This document shows positions 49,545 to 59,712 of a DNA stretch of 64,000 nt, piece after piece. Below the pieces are notes generated by a model. It ran no database searches, was not told the origin of the DNA, and saw nothing but the letters and a program-made list of their open reading frames with translations. The translations under genes and the position numbers were made by a program. This DNA comes from an uncultured Candidatus Binatia bacterium. GTDB taxonomy: Bacteria > Desulfobacterota > Binatia > UBA9968 > JAJDTQ01. The stretch lies in the NCBI GenBank assembly GCA_965218305.1, contig OZ244617.1:2270061-2334060 (forward strand), written 5' to 3'. How positions within the stretch are numbered: the first letter of the stretch is position 1; each line of letters opens with the position of its first letter.

Positions 49545-51245
49545 CTAAGCGGCGGCCGCGCGGCTTGGGACGTGGGCGGAGCCGCGCAACACCTGGCCCG
49601 GCAGATCTCCGCTCAAGCGGCCATCCTCGCAGATCACGCCGCCGTTCACGATGGTGTAGTGAATGCCGTCGGATCGCTGGATCAGCCGTTTGGTGCCGGC
49701 CGGGTAGTCCGCCGCCCACTCGGGTTCGTACGCCCGCACGGTCTCGGGGTTGAACAACGTCAGATCCGCCGCGTACCCGGGCCGGATCAGTCCCCTGCCC
49801 TCGAGTCCGTAGATGGAAGCGACGTGGAAGGTGAGCTTGTGGACCGCCTCTTCCACCGTCATCAGACCCCGCTCGCGCACCCACAGCCCCAGCAACGTCG
49901 TGCCGTAGCCGAAGTCGGCTCCGTACAACACATGGGCGCCGGCATCGGAAGTGCCCACCAGCACATGGGGGCTGCGCAGGATCTCTCCCATGGCCTGCGC
50001 ATCCCCACCCGTGTTGGCGTTCTGGAAGGTGGTCAACAGATCTTCGTCCAGCGACAGGTCGAGGAGGGCGTCCACGGGATGCTGGTTCCGCATGGCCGCC
50101 ATTTCCGCCACGCTCTTGCCCTCGTAGCGCTTGTTCTCTTCCTTGACGACCTTTTCCACCTGCACGATGTCCCAGCGCCGATGGAAATTGGTCATGCGCT
50201 CCGTCGCCAGATCCTCGCGCAGCTTCTCGCGCGTGGCCGGGTCGGCGAATGCCTGCGCGCGCACCTCCACCGGGAGGAACATGAGGTTTTTCCAGTTGGG
50301 AAACTCATCGAAGAGCTGGGCGTTCTGCAGGTTGAAGTGACGGACCAGGGGGACCGTCTGGGTGAGGCCGTAGGCACGGTAGCCGTCACGGAAAATCCGC
50401 GACACCGCGTCCAGTTGTTGCTGCCACAGCGTCGGCTCGGCCCAGCGATGGTGCACGCTCTGCCAGATGATCGGCCGCTGCGTCCGACGCGCGAGGTCGT
50501 AGTAGGCGTCGAAGTGCTCCATCTTGTTACGGCCGAGGATGGTCTCGATGATGCCGCTGTTGAGCTCACCGAGCACGTCGCACAGCGCGTAGAGCTCGTC
50601 GTCGTCCGCCAGCCGGCTGGCCACGGGCTTGCCGTCCTCCCGCATGTGCCGTTCGTTGCGGTTGGTGGAGAAACCCAGGGCGCCCGCATCCATGGCGTCC
50701 CGCACCAGGCCCTTCATCTTCTGCACTTCGCCGGCGGTGGCCGTGCGTTCCACCGATTCCTCTCCCATCACGTGCTGCCGCACCGCGATATGTCCCACCA
50801 GGCCGCCGGCATTGATGCCGAGCTTACCTTCCAGCGTGTCGAGATATTCGCCGTAGCTGTGCCAACCCCAGCTCACGCCCTTTTCCAGGGCGAAGCGGGG
50901 AATCGCCTCCACCCGCACGAAGCTCTTGACCAGGGCGTCCTCGCCGCCGTCCTTCACGGGCGCCAGGGCCAGGCCGCAGTTCCCCATGACGACGGAGGTG
51001 ATGCCGTGCTGCGGCTCGGAGGTGCCGTAGGGATCCCAGAGGAGCTGCGCATCCATGTGGGTGTGGTGGTCGATGAAGCCCGGAGACACCACCAGGCCGG
51101 CGGCGTCGATGGTGCGGCTCGCCGACCCCTTGAGACGACCCACCTCGGCGATCTTGCCGTCCTTCACACCGACATCCGCCATATGGGACGGCAGTCCGGA
51201 ACCGTCGGCAACGCGGCCGCCGCGTATCAGCAGATCATACTCCAT
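49545..51245 (-). CDS. N-acyl-D-amino-acid deacylase family amidohydrolase
   Basis: PGFIDHHTHMD, VMGNCG, SDAGAH, G.I.PGY.ADL, TIVNG. Confidence 0.92.
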   Translation of the reverse strand: MEYDLLIRGGRVADGSGLPSHMADVGVKDGKIAEVGRLKGSASRTIDAAGLVVSPGFIDHHTHMDAQLLWDPYGTSEPQHGITSVVMGNCGLALAPVKDGGEDALVKSFVRVEAIPRFALEKGVSWGWHSYGEYLDTLEGKLGINAGGLVGHIAVRQHVMGEESVERTATAGEVQKMKGLVRDAMDAGALGFSTNRNERHMREDGKPVASRLADDDELYALCDVLGELNSGIIETILGRNKMEHFDAYYDLARRTQRPIIWQSVHHRWAEPTLWQQQLDAVSRIFRDGYRAYGLTQTVPLVRHFNLQNAQLFDEFPNWKNLMFLPVEVRAQAFADPATREKLREDLATERMTNFHRRWDIVQVEKVVKEENKRYEGKSVAEMAAMRNQHPVDALLDLSLDEDLLTTFQNANTGGDAQAMGEILRSPHVLVGTSDAGAHVLYGADFGYGTTLLGLWVRERGLMTVEEAVHKLTFHVASIYGLEGRGLIRPGYAADLTLFNPETVRAYEPEWAADYPAGTKRLIQRSDGIHYTIVNGGVICEDGRLSGDLPGQVLRGSAHVPSRAAAA

Positions 51246-51529
51246 AGCCAAGTCCTCCTTCGTCGCAACGCATGGACATAAAACCGCGCGGAGCCGGCTT
51301 TCCCGGCAGCCCGCGACTCGCGCCAAGCAGCATATTGAATCGGGGCCGGTTGTGCAACACGTCTACCCTGAGCGAGCCGCCCTCCGTTCGATGCCTGCCA
51401 CCTCTCGCCGTATGCTCCTCGCCGCCCCGCCCCTCCTGGATCCCGGATCAAGTCGCCTCATTGCCCTTTTCGCATCAATCGGCCAAACTCCCCGACCTGG
51501 GGTTATCGGCACAACAAACAGGAGCAACC

Positions 51530-53746
51530 ATGGATCTCAAAGTCGTAGGGCATCCGGTTGGACGCGTGGAGGGTCCGGACAAGGTCTCGGGCAAGATGGC
51601 GTACACGGCTGACGTGCAGGTACCCGAGGCGCTTTGGGGAAAGTGTCTGCGCAGCACGCTGGCGCACGCCCGGTTGAAGCGCGTGGACGCGTCACGGGCG
51701 CGCCAGGTGCCGGGGGTCCGCGCGGTGCTGACGGGGGCGGACGTGCCGGATGTGCAGGTCGGGGTCAGTCTTCGGGACCTGCCGGTGCTGGCCCGGGACA
51801 AGGTGCGTTTCATCGGGGACAAGATCGCCGCGGTGGCAGCCGAAACCATGGACGCCGCCGAGGAGGCGCTGTCCTTGATCGAGGTGGAGTACGAGGAACT
51901 GCCCGCCGTGGCCGACATCCCGGAGGCGCTGGCGGCGGGAGCGCCGGTGATTCACGAAGAGCTCGACAGCTATCCCGGCGTGCCCGCGCGCCCGGACGGC
52001 CAGCCCAACGTCCTGTCGCTCAAGGAGCACGCCGCCGGCGACGTGGAGCAGGGCTTCGCGGACGCGGACGTCGTCGTCGAGCACACTTTTAGCACGCCGC
52101 AGGTCCACCAGGTCTACCTCGAGCCCCACGCCACGGTGGTGGCGGCCGGCGACGCCGCGCGCATCGATGTCTGGGCGTCGTGCAAGGCGCCGTTCCGGCT
52201 CAAGAAGATGCTGGCCGGGCAACTGGGGCTCGACGAAGAGAGCATCCACGTCCATGGCATCGCCCTGGGCGGCGACTTCGGCGGCAAGGGCTCCCAGATG
52301 GACGTGCCGGTCTGCTACTACCTGTCCAAGGCCGCCGGCCGTCCGGTGAAGATGGTGATGAACTACACCGAGGAGCTCATGGCCGGGGACCCCCGACACC
52401 CCGCGCTGATGCGGCTCAAGCTGGGGGCCAAACGGGATGGCAGGCTGGTGGCCCTGGACACCGACATCTACTTCGACAGCGGCGCCTACTCGGGCTTCAA
52501 GCCGTCGGAGATCGACGGCTCGTACGTCACCAACGCCTACCGGATTGCCAACTACGCGATCCGGACCTACAACGTCTACACCAACGGCGTGCCCGGCGGT
52601 TACATGAAGTCGCCGGGACAGCCCCAGGCGGTCTTCGCCATCGAGTCGCTGCTGGACATGCTGGCCCGGAAGCTGGACCTGGATCCGGTGGCGATACGGC
52701 TCGCGAACCTGTTGCAGGACGGCGACGTGCTGCCCAACAAGCGGGCGATGGAAAAGATCCGCTGCCGGGAGACCATCGACGCGGCCCTGGCGGCCGCGGG
52801 ATGGGACGGAGAGAAGCCGGGCCAGGACACCGGCAGGGGCATGGCCCTCGGCTTTCGGCACACCGGCGGCAGCGGCACCGTGAACCTGGAGCTTTCCTGC
52901 AAAGCCGACGGCGAGGTAACCGTCCTCACCGCCATACCCGATATCGGCACCGGCACCCACACGCTGCTGCGCCAGATCACGGCGGAGCTGCTGACCCTGC
53001 CGGCGGAACGGATCGCGGTCGCCCGGGGCGACACCGACACCTTCGATACCGATGCCGAGCCCGGCGGCAGCAAGATCACCGCCATGGTGGGGCGCGGCCT
53101 GGTGGAAGCGGTGGAGGAACTGCGGGACAGGATGACGGAAGCGGCGGCCCAGGCCCTCGGCTGCAAGCCGGACCAGGTGACCCTGGCGGACGGCCGCTTC
53201 AGCGCCGACGGCGCGGCCCTGGCGTTCGCCGACGTCGCCGGAAAGCTCATCGCCGAGGAGACCGTCCTGTCTGTGCGCAAGTCCTACCAGCCCCAGCGTT
53301 CTCCGGTGCCGGGGTTCTTCGTTCAGGTGGCGGAGGTGGCGGTGGACCGGGAGACCGGCACCGTGGAGGTCAAGAAGGTCGTCACCGCCCACGACGTCGG
53401 CACCATCATCAATCCCGTAACCCACCAGGGACAGATCGACGGCGGCTTCGTTCAAGGCCTGGGTTATGCGGTGATGGAGGAGATGGTCAAGGACGGCCCG
53501 CGGGTCACGACCCTCAATCTGGGCGACTACTGCGTTCCGTGCGTCAAGGACCTTCCGCCCCTGGAAACCGTGCTGGTGGAGGACCAGACCGGACCCGGGC
53601 CCTACAACGCCAAATCCATCGGGGAAAACAGCATCGTGCCCACGGCGCCCGCCATCGCCAATGCCGTGGAGGCGGCGGTGGGCGTGCGCATCGCCGATCT
53701 CCCGATCACCGCGGAGAAGGTCTACAACGCCTTGCGGGAAGGATGA
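51530..53746 (+). CDS. Xanthine dehydrogenase family molybdopterin-binding subunit (orphan)
   Basis: KVSG...YTAD, LEPH, GGDFGGKG, DVGTIINP, GQIDGG..QGLG, KSIGE, AIANA. Confidence 0.93.
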   Translation: MDLKVVGHPVGRVEGPDKVSGKMAYTADVQVPEALWGKCLRSTLAHARLKRVDASRARQVPGVRAVLTGADVPDVQVGVSLRDLPVLARDKVRFIGDKIAAVAAETMDAAEEALSLIEVEYEELPAVADIPEALAAGAPVIHEELDSYPGVPARPDGQPNVLSLKEHAAGDVEQGFADADVVVEHTFSTPQVHQVYLEPHATVVAAGDAARIDVWASCKAPFRLKKMLAGQLGLDEESIHVHGIALGGDFGGKGSQMDVPVCYYLSKAAGRPVKMVMNYTEELMAGDPRHPALMRLKLGAKRDGRLVALDTDIYFDSGAYSGFKPSEIDGSYVTNAYRIANYAIRTYNVYTNGVPGGYMKSPGQPQAVFAIESLLDMLARKLDLDPVAIRLANLLQDGDVLPNKRAMEKIRCRETIDAALAAAGWDGEKPGQDTGRGMALGFRHTGGSGTVNLELSCKADGEVTVLTAIPDIGTGTHTLLRQITAELLTLPAERIAVARGDTDTFDTDAEPGGSKITAMVGRGLVEAVEELRDRMTEAAAQALGCKPDQVTLADGRFSADGAALAFADVAGKLIAEETVLSVRKSYQPQRSPVPGFFVQVAEVAVDRETGTVEVKKVVTAHDVGTIINPVTHQGQIDGGFVQGLGYAVMEEMVKDGPRVTTLNLGDYCVPCVKDLPPLETVLVEDQTGPGPYNAKSIGENSIVPTAPAIANAVEAAVGVRIADLPITAEKVYNALREG

Positions 53747-53770
53747 CCCGGCCGCGCGGCCGGTCCCGGC

Positions 53771-54418
53771 CTACGACTTGGGCCACGCCTTGATCCGGGA
53801 TTCCGGGCGCAGCTTGCCTTTATCGTAGGTTTCCCAGTGGACGAAGTCGGCCACCGGACGACGCGGCTTCGCCTTGGGCCAGGCCCGCGCCCGACCCACG
53901 GGAACCACCCAGAGGAGCCGGAGAGCCCTCGGAACGTTGAACAGCTCCCGCAACTCCGGCTCCACCTCCCTGCGTACCGAGACCCAGACCGTGCCGAAGC
54001 CCATGCTCGCCGCCGCCAGCATCATGTGCTCCACCGCATTGGCCACGTTGGCCTGAAACAGCTTCTCCCGGTCGGCCGGCTGGCGCGTGGTGAGATACAC
54101 CCGTTTCGTGCGCGCATCCCCGCATGCCAGGATCAGCGCGCTCACGTCGCCCACGTAGTCTTTCTTGAGGCCCTTGTAGTGCACCGGATCTTCCAGCTTG
54201 CGCTGCGTCCACTCGTTGGCGTAGATCTGCCGGACTCGCTTCATCGTCGCCCGGTCCCGGGTCACCACGAACTCCCAGGGCTGGCTGTTGGCGCCCGAGG
54301 GGGCCAGCCGCGCGGCCTCGAACATGAGCTGAAGTTGCTCATCGGTTATCCGCCCGCTCTTGTAGACCCGCACGCTGCGCCGGGTCGCCATGACCTCCAG
54401 TAGTTTCTCTTCCTCCAC
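53771..54418 (-). CDS. Nitroreductase family protein
   Basis: RRSVRVY, APSGANSQPWEFVV, MMLAAASMGFGTVW. Confidence 0.92.
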   Translation of the reverse strand: MEEEKLLEVMATRRSVRVYKSGRITDEQLQLMFEAARLAPSGANSQPWEFVVTRDRATMKRVRQIYANEWTQRKLEDPVHYKGLKKDYVGDVSALILACGDARTKRVYLTTRQPADREKLFQANVANAVEHMMLAAASMGFGTVWVSVRREVEPELRELFNVPRALRLLWVVPVGRARAWPKAKPRRPVADFVHWETYDKGKLRPESRIKAWPKS

Positions 54419-54504
54419 GGTATTCTCCTTGCAGCCGGTGACCTTCGACCTGTCCGCCCAAGATGGCATCCTTTTCCACCCTGTGGTAGTTCTCGGGCAG
54501 GCAA

Positions 54505-55356
54505 ATGGTCAACGTCGTCGGAATCGTCGCAAAGTATGGGGAAGAGAAGGCCGAGACGCTCATGAGGACCACCATACCGTGGCTGGAGGGCCGCGGAATG
54601 GAGGTGCTGGTGGAGGCCGAGTTCGGCACCACCGGCGGCCGGGTCGCGCACAAGACGGAAATGGCCGAACGGGCCGACCTCGTCATCGTCCTGGGGGGAG
54701 ACGGCACGCTCCTGAGCATCGCCCGTCTCGTGGAACGCCCCGAAGTACCCATCGTCGGCGTGAATCTGGGAGGTCTGGGCTTCATCACCGAGATAGCCGC
54801 GGACGAGCTCGAGGAGGTTCTCACCAGCACGATTTCGGAGAACTACACGATCGAAAAGCGCATGACCCTGAGCGTGAGCATCTCCGGCAAGGACGGCGAG
54901 CGGAAGCTGAGGATACTGAACGACGCGGTCATCACCAAGGGAGCCCGATCCAGGATCATCGACCTGGAAACCTACGTGGGCAGCGATTACCTGTGCACCT
55001 ACAGGGCCGACGGCCTGATCATCTCCACGCCCACGGGATCGACGGCCTACTCGCTGGCGGCCGGCGGCCCGATTCTCCATCCCGCCATGGGAGCCATCAT
55101 CCTCTGCCCCATCTGCCCGCACACGCTTACCACCAACCGGCCCATCGTCATCGCCAGCGACGCCAGGATCCGGTCCACGTTGAGGTCCGCCGGGGACACG
55201 GTGGTGCTGATCCCGGACGGCCAGGAGGGGATTCTGCTGAACAACGGCGACCGGGTAGAGGTGCGTCGCCACAAGTCACCGGTTTCACTGGTGAGGATAC
55301 CGACCCGATCCTACTTCGACGTGCTGCGCAACAAACTCAAGTGGGGTGAGCGGTAG
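54505..55356 (+). CDS. nadK: NAD kinase
   Basis: GGDGT, NLGGLGF, LND, DGLIISTPTGSTAYSLAAGGP. Confidence 0.96.
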   Translation: MVNVVGIVAKYGEEKAETLMRTTIPWLEGRGMEVLVEAEFGTTGGRVAHKTEMAERADLVIVLGGDGTLLSIARLVERPEVPIVGVNLGGLGFITEIAADELEEVLTSTISENYTIEKRMTLSVSISGKDGERKLRILNDAVITKGARSRIIDLETYVGSDYLCTYRADGLIISTPTGSTAYSLAAGGPILHPAMGAIILCPICPHTLTTNRPIVIASDARIRSTLRSAGDTVVLIPDGQEGILLNNGDRVEVRRHKSPVSLVRIPTRSYFDVLRNKLKWGER

Positions 55357-55363
55357 AACATCG

Positions 55364-57070
55364 ATGCTGCAACAGCTCCGGATCAACAACGTTGCCGTGA
55401 TCGATCACGCCGAGCTGGAGTTGGGGCCTGGCCTGAACGTCCTCACGGGAGAAACCGGCGCCGGCAAGACCATCGTCCTCTCCGCCCTGGGCCTCATCCT
55501 GGGCACCCGCAGCTCGTCCGACCTCATTCGCGAAGGAGAAAACGAGGCCACCGTAGAGGCCCTGTTCTCGGACCTGCCGGCGGCCACCCGTGACGCTCTG
55601 GCGGCGGCCGGCTGCGACGCCGACGAGGAGCTGGTGCTGAAGCGGGTCGTGACCCGCGGAGGCCGGAACCGGATCTATCTGAACGGCAGCCTGAGCGCGC
55701 GCTCCGTCTTGTCAAACGTGGGCGCCGGTCTCATCCACATCTACGGGCAGCACGAGCAGCACACCCTGCTCCGCACCGAGAGCCACCTGGGGCTGCTGGA
55801 CGCGCACGGAGGTCTTGAAGAGAAGGTCGCAGCCATGAAGCGGCAGTTCCGCGAATTCGCGGCCGCGTGGAAGCGGGTGTGCGAGCTCAGGGAGAAACTG
55901 GCGGACAAGACCCGGGAGGAAGCCTTTCTGCGCGCGCAACTGGAGGAGATCGAGGACGCGGGACTCGATCCGGAGGAGGAAGAGACGCTGCTGCACAGAC
56001 GGGAGATCTTCGCCCATTCCGAGAAGCTCTACCAAACCTGCAAGGAAGGCGAGCTGCTCCTTTACGAAGGGGACAACGCCGTCGCCGGCGAGCTGGGCCG
56101 GTACATCCCGCGCCTCCGGGACATGGCGGAGATCGACCGGACGCTGGCGGAAGCCGTGACGCTCCTGGAAGGGTCGGCCGCGCAACTGGACGAGGCCACG
56201 GCGTTGATCCGCCAATACTCCGACCGGCTGCACTTCGATCCGGGGGAGATGGAGCGCATCGAGGAGCGGCTGGCCGAGATCCATCGACTGAAGCGGAAGT
56301 ACCGGGCGTCCGTGGAGGAGATCCTGGCCCTGGCCGAGACGGCCAGAGAAGAGCTTGCGGTGCTGGAGACCGGCGAGGAAGAGCTCCCGGTGCTGACGAG
56401 GCAATTCGAGGCGGCGCGTGATTCGGCTTGGAAGATGGCCGAGGAGCTGTCCCGGGCTCGCAAGCGCGCCGCCAAGACCCTGAAGAGCCGGATGGAACGG
56501 GAGGTTCGCGATATCGGACTTTCCCATACCACGTTCGAGGTGCGGTTCCACGAACGCGACCCGGCCCGGGACGACCCCCCCTTCGTCATGGGCGGCGCCC
56601 GGATCGGCGAGGACGGCATCGACGACGCTGAATTCTACTTCTCTCCGAACCCCGGAGAGTCCGTCAGGCCCTTGGCCAGGATCGCCTCCGGCGGCGAGCT
56701 CTCACGACTCATGCTGGCGATCAAATCGCTGGTCTTGAGCCAAAGCGGGATTCCCACCCTGCTGTTCGACGAGGTCGACGCCGGCATCGGCGGCAGGGTG
56801 GCCGAGATGGTGGGCAAGAAACTCGCCGCCGTGGCCGGGGCCCATCAGGTGCTCTGCGTTACGCATCTGGCACCCATTGCCGCCCTGGCGGAGTCCCACT
56901 ACGTGGTGGAGAAAGAGGTGCAGGCAGGCAGGACCTTCACCACGGCGCGAAAGCTTGACGAAACGGAGCGTGTGCGCGAACTCGCCCGCATGCTGGGCGG
57001 CGCCGAGGTCACCGCGCAGGCGGAACGCCACGCGGCCGAGATGCTCAAGAGCCACAGCGTCGGAAGATAG
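55364..57070 (+). CDS. recN: DNA repair protein RecN
   Basis: LTGETGAGKT, IYGQHE, NPGE...IASGGELSR, FDEVDAGIGG, CVTHL. Confidence 0.97.
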   Translation: MLQQLRINNVAVIDHAELELGPGLNVLTGETGAGKTIVLSALGLILGTRSSSDLIREGENEATVEALFSDLPAATRDALAAAGCDADEELVLKRVVTRGGRNRIYLNGSLSARSVLSNVGAGLIHIYGQHEQHTLLRTESHLGLLDAHGGLEEKVAAMKRQFREFAAAWKRVCELREKLADKTREEAFLRAQLEEIEDAGLDPEEEETLLHRREIFAHSEKLYQTCKEGELLLYEGDNAVAGELGRYIPRLRDMAEIDRTLAEAVTLLEGSAAQLDEATALIRQYSDRLHFDPGEMERIEERLAEIHRLKRKYRASVEEILALAETAREELAVLETGEEELPVLTRQFEAARDSAWKMAEELSRARKRAAKTLKSRMEREVRDIGLSHTTFEVRFHERDPARDDPPFVMGGARIGEDGIDDAEFYFSPNPGESVRPLARIASGGELSRLMLAIKSLVLSQSGIPTLLFDEVDAGIGGRVAEMVGKKLAAVAGAHQVLCVTHLAPIAALAESHYVVEKEVQAGRTFTTARKLDETERVRELARMLGGAEVTAQAERHAAEMLKSHSVGR

Positions 57071-57080
57071 CGCCCTGCAC

Positions 57081-57110
57081 TTGCCTCCCGGCCGGTCGAT
57101 CCGGTATGCT
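57081..57110 (+). promoter_or_regulatory. Putative sigma70 promoter for tRNA-Ala
   Basis: TTGCCT-N18-TATGCT, 60 nt upstream of the tRNA. Confidence 0.4.
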
Positions 57111-57170
57111 TGATCTCGATCAGGCGGTACGTTTCTTCACGAATCCGCCACCGCTTCGATTGCAGAGTGT

Positions 57171-57246
<76 letters not shown>

Positions 57247-57263
57247 CCTCGTCCGGAGGCAGC

Positions 57264-58724
57264 GTGTCCCAACTTCGAGCAGCGGATCGAGGAGTCTTCG
57301 CAGACTACGACCTGGATCCGGCCTACTACGATGAGATGTTCGCTCCGGACGGGAGCCCGCGGGACGCATCCAGCCGCCTCAACGCGGCCCTGGCGGAACT
57401 CGAACCCGAGGACCTCGCAAAGCTGCAAGACGGCGTCTATCGACACTTTCTGCACGAAGGCATCACCTTCACCGTCCTCGACGCCGACAAGGCCACCGAA
57501 CAGATCATTCCCATCGACTGTGTGCCTCGGCTCCTGACCGCGGCCGAGTGGGATCACGTCGAGCGCGGCCTCAAGCAACGCCTGGCCGCACTCAACCTGT
57601 TCCTCAAGGACATCTATCACGACGGCCGGTGCCTGCGGGACGGGGTGGTACCCATCGACCTGGTGCTGGGCTGCCCGCAATACCGCATGGAAATGCGCGG
57701 CCTGAAGGTCCCGCACGACGTCTACGTGGCCGTGTGCGGCACCGACATCGTGCGCACCCACGACGGTTTCGCCGTGCTCGAGGACAATCTGCGGGTCCCC
57801 TCCGGCGTCTCCTACATGCTCGCCTGCCGCAACGCCATCAAGGACGCGTTCCCGAGGCTGTACCGGGCGCATCGGGTACGCGAGGTGGCCGACTACGCCG
57901 AACGTCTCTACTCCACGCTCGCGTCTCTCCGGCCCTCATTGCAGGACCCGCATGTAGCGATATTGACGCCCGGCATGCACAACTCCGCGTACTACGAACA
58001 CGCCTTTCTCGCCGGCGAAATGGGCATCGAGCTGGTGGAGGGACAGGACCTGGTCTTGCGTGACGGGGCGTTGCACACGCTCACGACCGCGGGCCCGCGC
58101 CGTGTCGACGTGCTCTACCGGCGCATCGACGATGATTTTCTCGATCCGGTCATGTTCCGGAGCGAATCCGTCCTGGGAGCGGCCGGACTCTTCCACGCCT
58201 ACCGGGCGGGCAACCTCGTACTCGCCAACGCGCCGGGCACCGGCGTGGCGGATGACAAGAGCCTCTACTCCTACGTACCCCGCATCATTCGTTATTTTCT
58301 GGGTGAAGAACCGATACTGGGCAACGTCGAGACTCATCTTTGCCGGGAGCCGGACGGGCTGGCCTACACCCTGGAGCATCTCGACGAGCTGGTGGTCAAG
58401 GAAGTCGGCGGAGCCGGCGGCTACGGAATGCTGGTAGGCCCCCATGCATCCGCCGGCGAGCGCGCCCGGTACGCCGAACGGTTGCGCGCCGATCCGGCCA
58501 ACTTCATCTCGCAGCCGGTATTGGCCCTGTCCCGCGCCCCGTGCTTCATCGACGGCGCCATCGAGCCGCGCCACGTGGACCTTCGCCCCTTCGTGCTTCA
58601 GGGACGCGACGAGCAGCACGTGGTACCGGGCGGGCTGTGCCGCGTCGCGCTCCGGCGCGGCAGTCTGGTGGTCAATTCGAGCCAGGGCGGGGGCTGCAAG
58701 GACCTATGGATCCTGGAAGATTGA
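57264..58724 (+). CDS. Circularly permuted type 2 ATP-grasp protein
   Basis: YDEMF, GITFTV, LEDNLRVPSGVSY, YRRIDDDFLDP, GVADDK, VNSSQGGGCKD; GGAGG RBS. Confidence 0.93.
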   Translation: MSQLRAADRGVFADYDLDPAYYDEMFAPDGSPRDASSRLNAALAELEPEDLAKLQDGVYRHFLHEGITFTVLDADKATEQIIPIDCVPRLLTAAEWDHVERGLKQRLAALNLFLKDIYHDGRCLRDGVVPIDLVLGCPQYRMEMRGLKVPHDVYVAVCGTDIVRTHDGFAVLEDNLRVPSGVSYMLACRNAIKDAFPRLYRAHRVREVADYAERLYSTLASLRPSLQDPHVAILTPGMHNSAYYEHAFLAGEMGIELVEGQDLVLRDGALHTLTTAGPRRVDVLYRRIDDDFLDPVMFRSESVLGAAGLFHAYRAGNLVLANAPGTGVADDKSLYSYVPRIIRYFLGEEPILGNVETHLCREPDGLAYTLEHLDELVVKEVGGAGGYGMLVGPHASAGERARYAERLRADPANFISQPVLALSRAPCFIDGAIEPRHVDLRPFVLQGRDEQHVVPGGLCRVALRRGSLVVNSSQGGGCKDLWILED

Positions 58725-58731
58725 GGGGCGG

Positions 58732-59712
58732 ATGATGTTGGCACGGGTAGCCGCGGAGTTCTATTGGCTGGGCCGCCATGTCGAACGCATCGAGCACACG
58801 GCGCGTCTTCTCCGATTCCAGCTCACCCGCCTCGCCGACTGTCCGGCGGATGAGCTGACCCTTGGCTGGCAAGCGGTGTACCAGATCCTCGGACAGCCCC
58901 CGGTGGGAACAACGGCGAGCGGCGACGAAGCCGAAACCATCGTCATACCGGACGCCTACACCCTCGCCGGCGAACTGGTGGAAGAGCGATCGAATCCGGA
59001 CTCCCTGCTCGCGTGCTGGGAGTCGGGGCGCGAGAACGGCCAGCGTGTGCGCGCGCAGTTGCCGCTGCCCGTGTGGACGTGCCTCAACCAGGGTTTCCTG
59101 TGGATACGGGACAGCAACTTCAGCGCGGCCTGGGCCGAGGCGCCGTCCGCCCTGGTGAACCAGGCCATCGACCGGCTACGGCTGTTGGCAGGGGTTGTCG
59201 AAGCCGTCATGCCGCGGGACGACACGTGGCGGTTTCTCGAGCTGGGCCGCTTCACCGAAAGGGTCCAGCATCAGGCGGCGCTGCTTGCCTCCTGGGTCGA
59301 ATTCAGCCTCGATGACCGGGACGGCAGCGGGCTCTCGTGGGCCGATCTACTACGGGTGTGCGGCGCCTACGAGGTCTACTGCCGCCGCCACTCGACCGAC
59401 GTCGAAAGGACGGATGCCCTCGGCCTGCTTACCCAGGATCCGGAGATCCCGCGCTCGTTGCGCTTCTCCATCCAGCGCATCGAAGAGCTGCTGGCGGGCA
59501 TCGACCCGGTGGGCGCCCGTTACCCCCTGGCCCTACCGCACCGGATGGCGCTTCGCCTGACCGCCGCCGTCGAGATGGAACCCGCGGGCCTTTCGGCGGG
59601 AACGGAGGCGGGTGACTTTTTTCACCGGGTGGAGAACGACGCTCGGATGCTTCACCACGCGACCATGGCCGCCTTTGTAACTCATACTTTCGCCGAGGGG
59701 CTTGCGACGTGA
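58732..59712 (+). CDS. Alpha-E domain protein
   Basis: MLARVA..YWLGRHVER, FLELGRFTER, PRSLRF (duplicated ER motifs). Confidence 0.9.
   Translation: MMLARVAAEFYWLGRHVERIEHTARLLRFQLTRLADCPADELTLGWQAVYQILGQPPVGTTASGDEAETIVIPDAYTLAGELVEERSNPDSLLACWESGRENGQRVRAQLPLPVWTCLNQGFLWIRDSNFSAAWAEAPSALVNQAIDRLRLLAGVVEAVMPRDDTWRFLELGRFTERVQHQAALLASWVEFSLDDRDGSGLSWADLLRVCGAYEVYCRRHSTDVERTDALGLLTQDPEIPRSLRFSIQRIEELLAGIDPVGARYPLALPHRMALRLTAAVEMEPAGLSAGTEAGDFFHRVENDARMLHHATMAAFVTHTFAEGLAT

Noticed and set aside
55119-55143. Extra Thr in NadK (HTLTTNRP, ACC duplication)
   Set aside because: A single in-frame codon duplication; probably neutral or an assembly variant.
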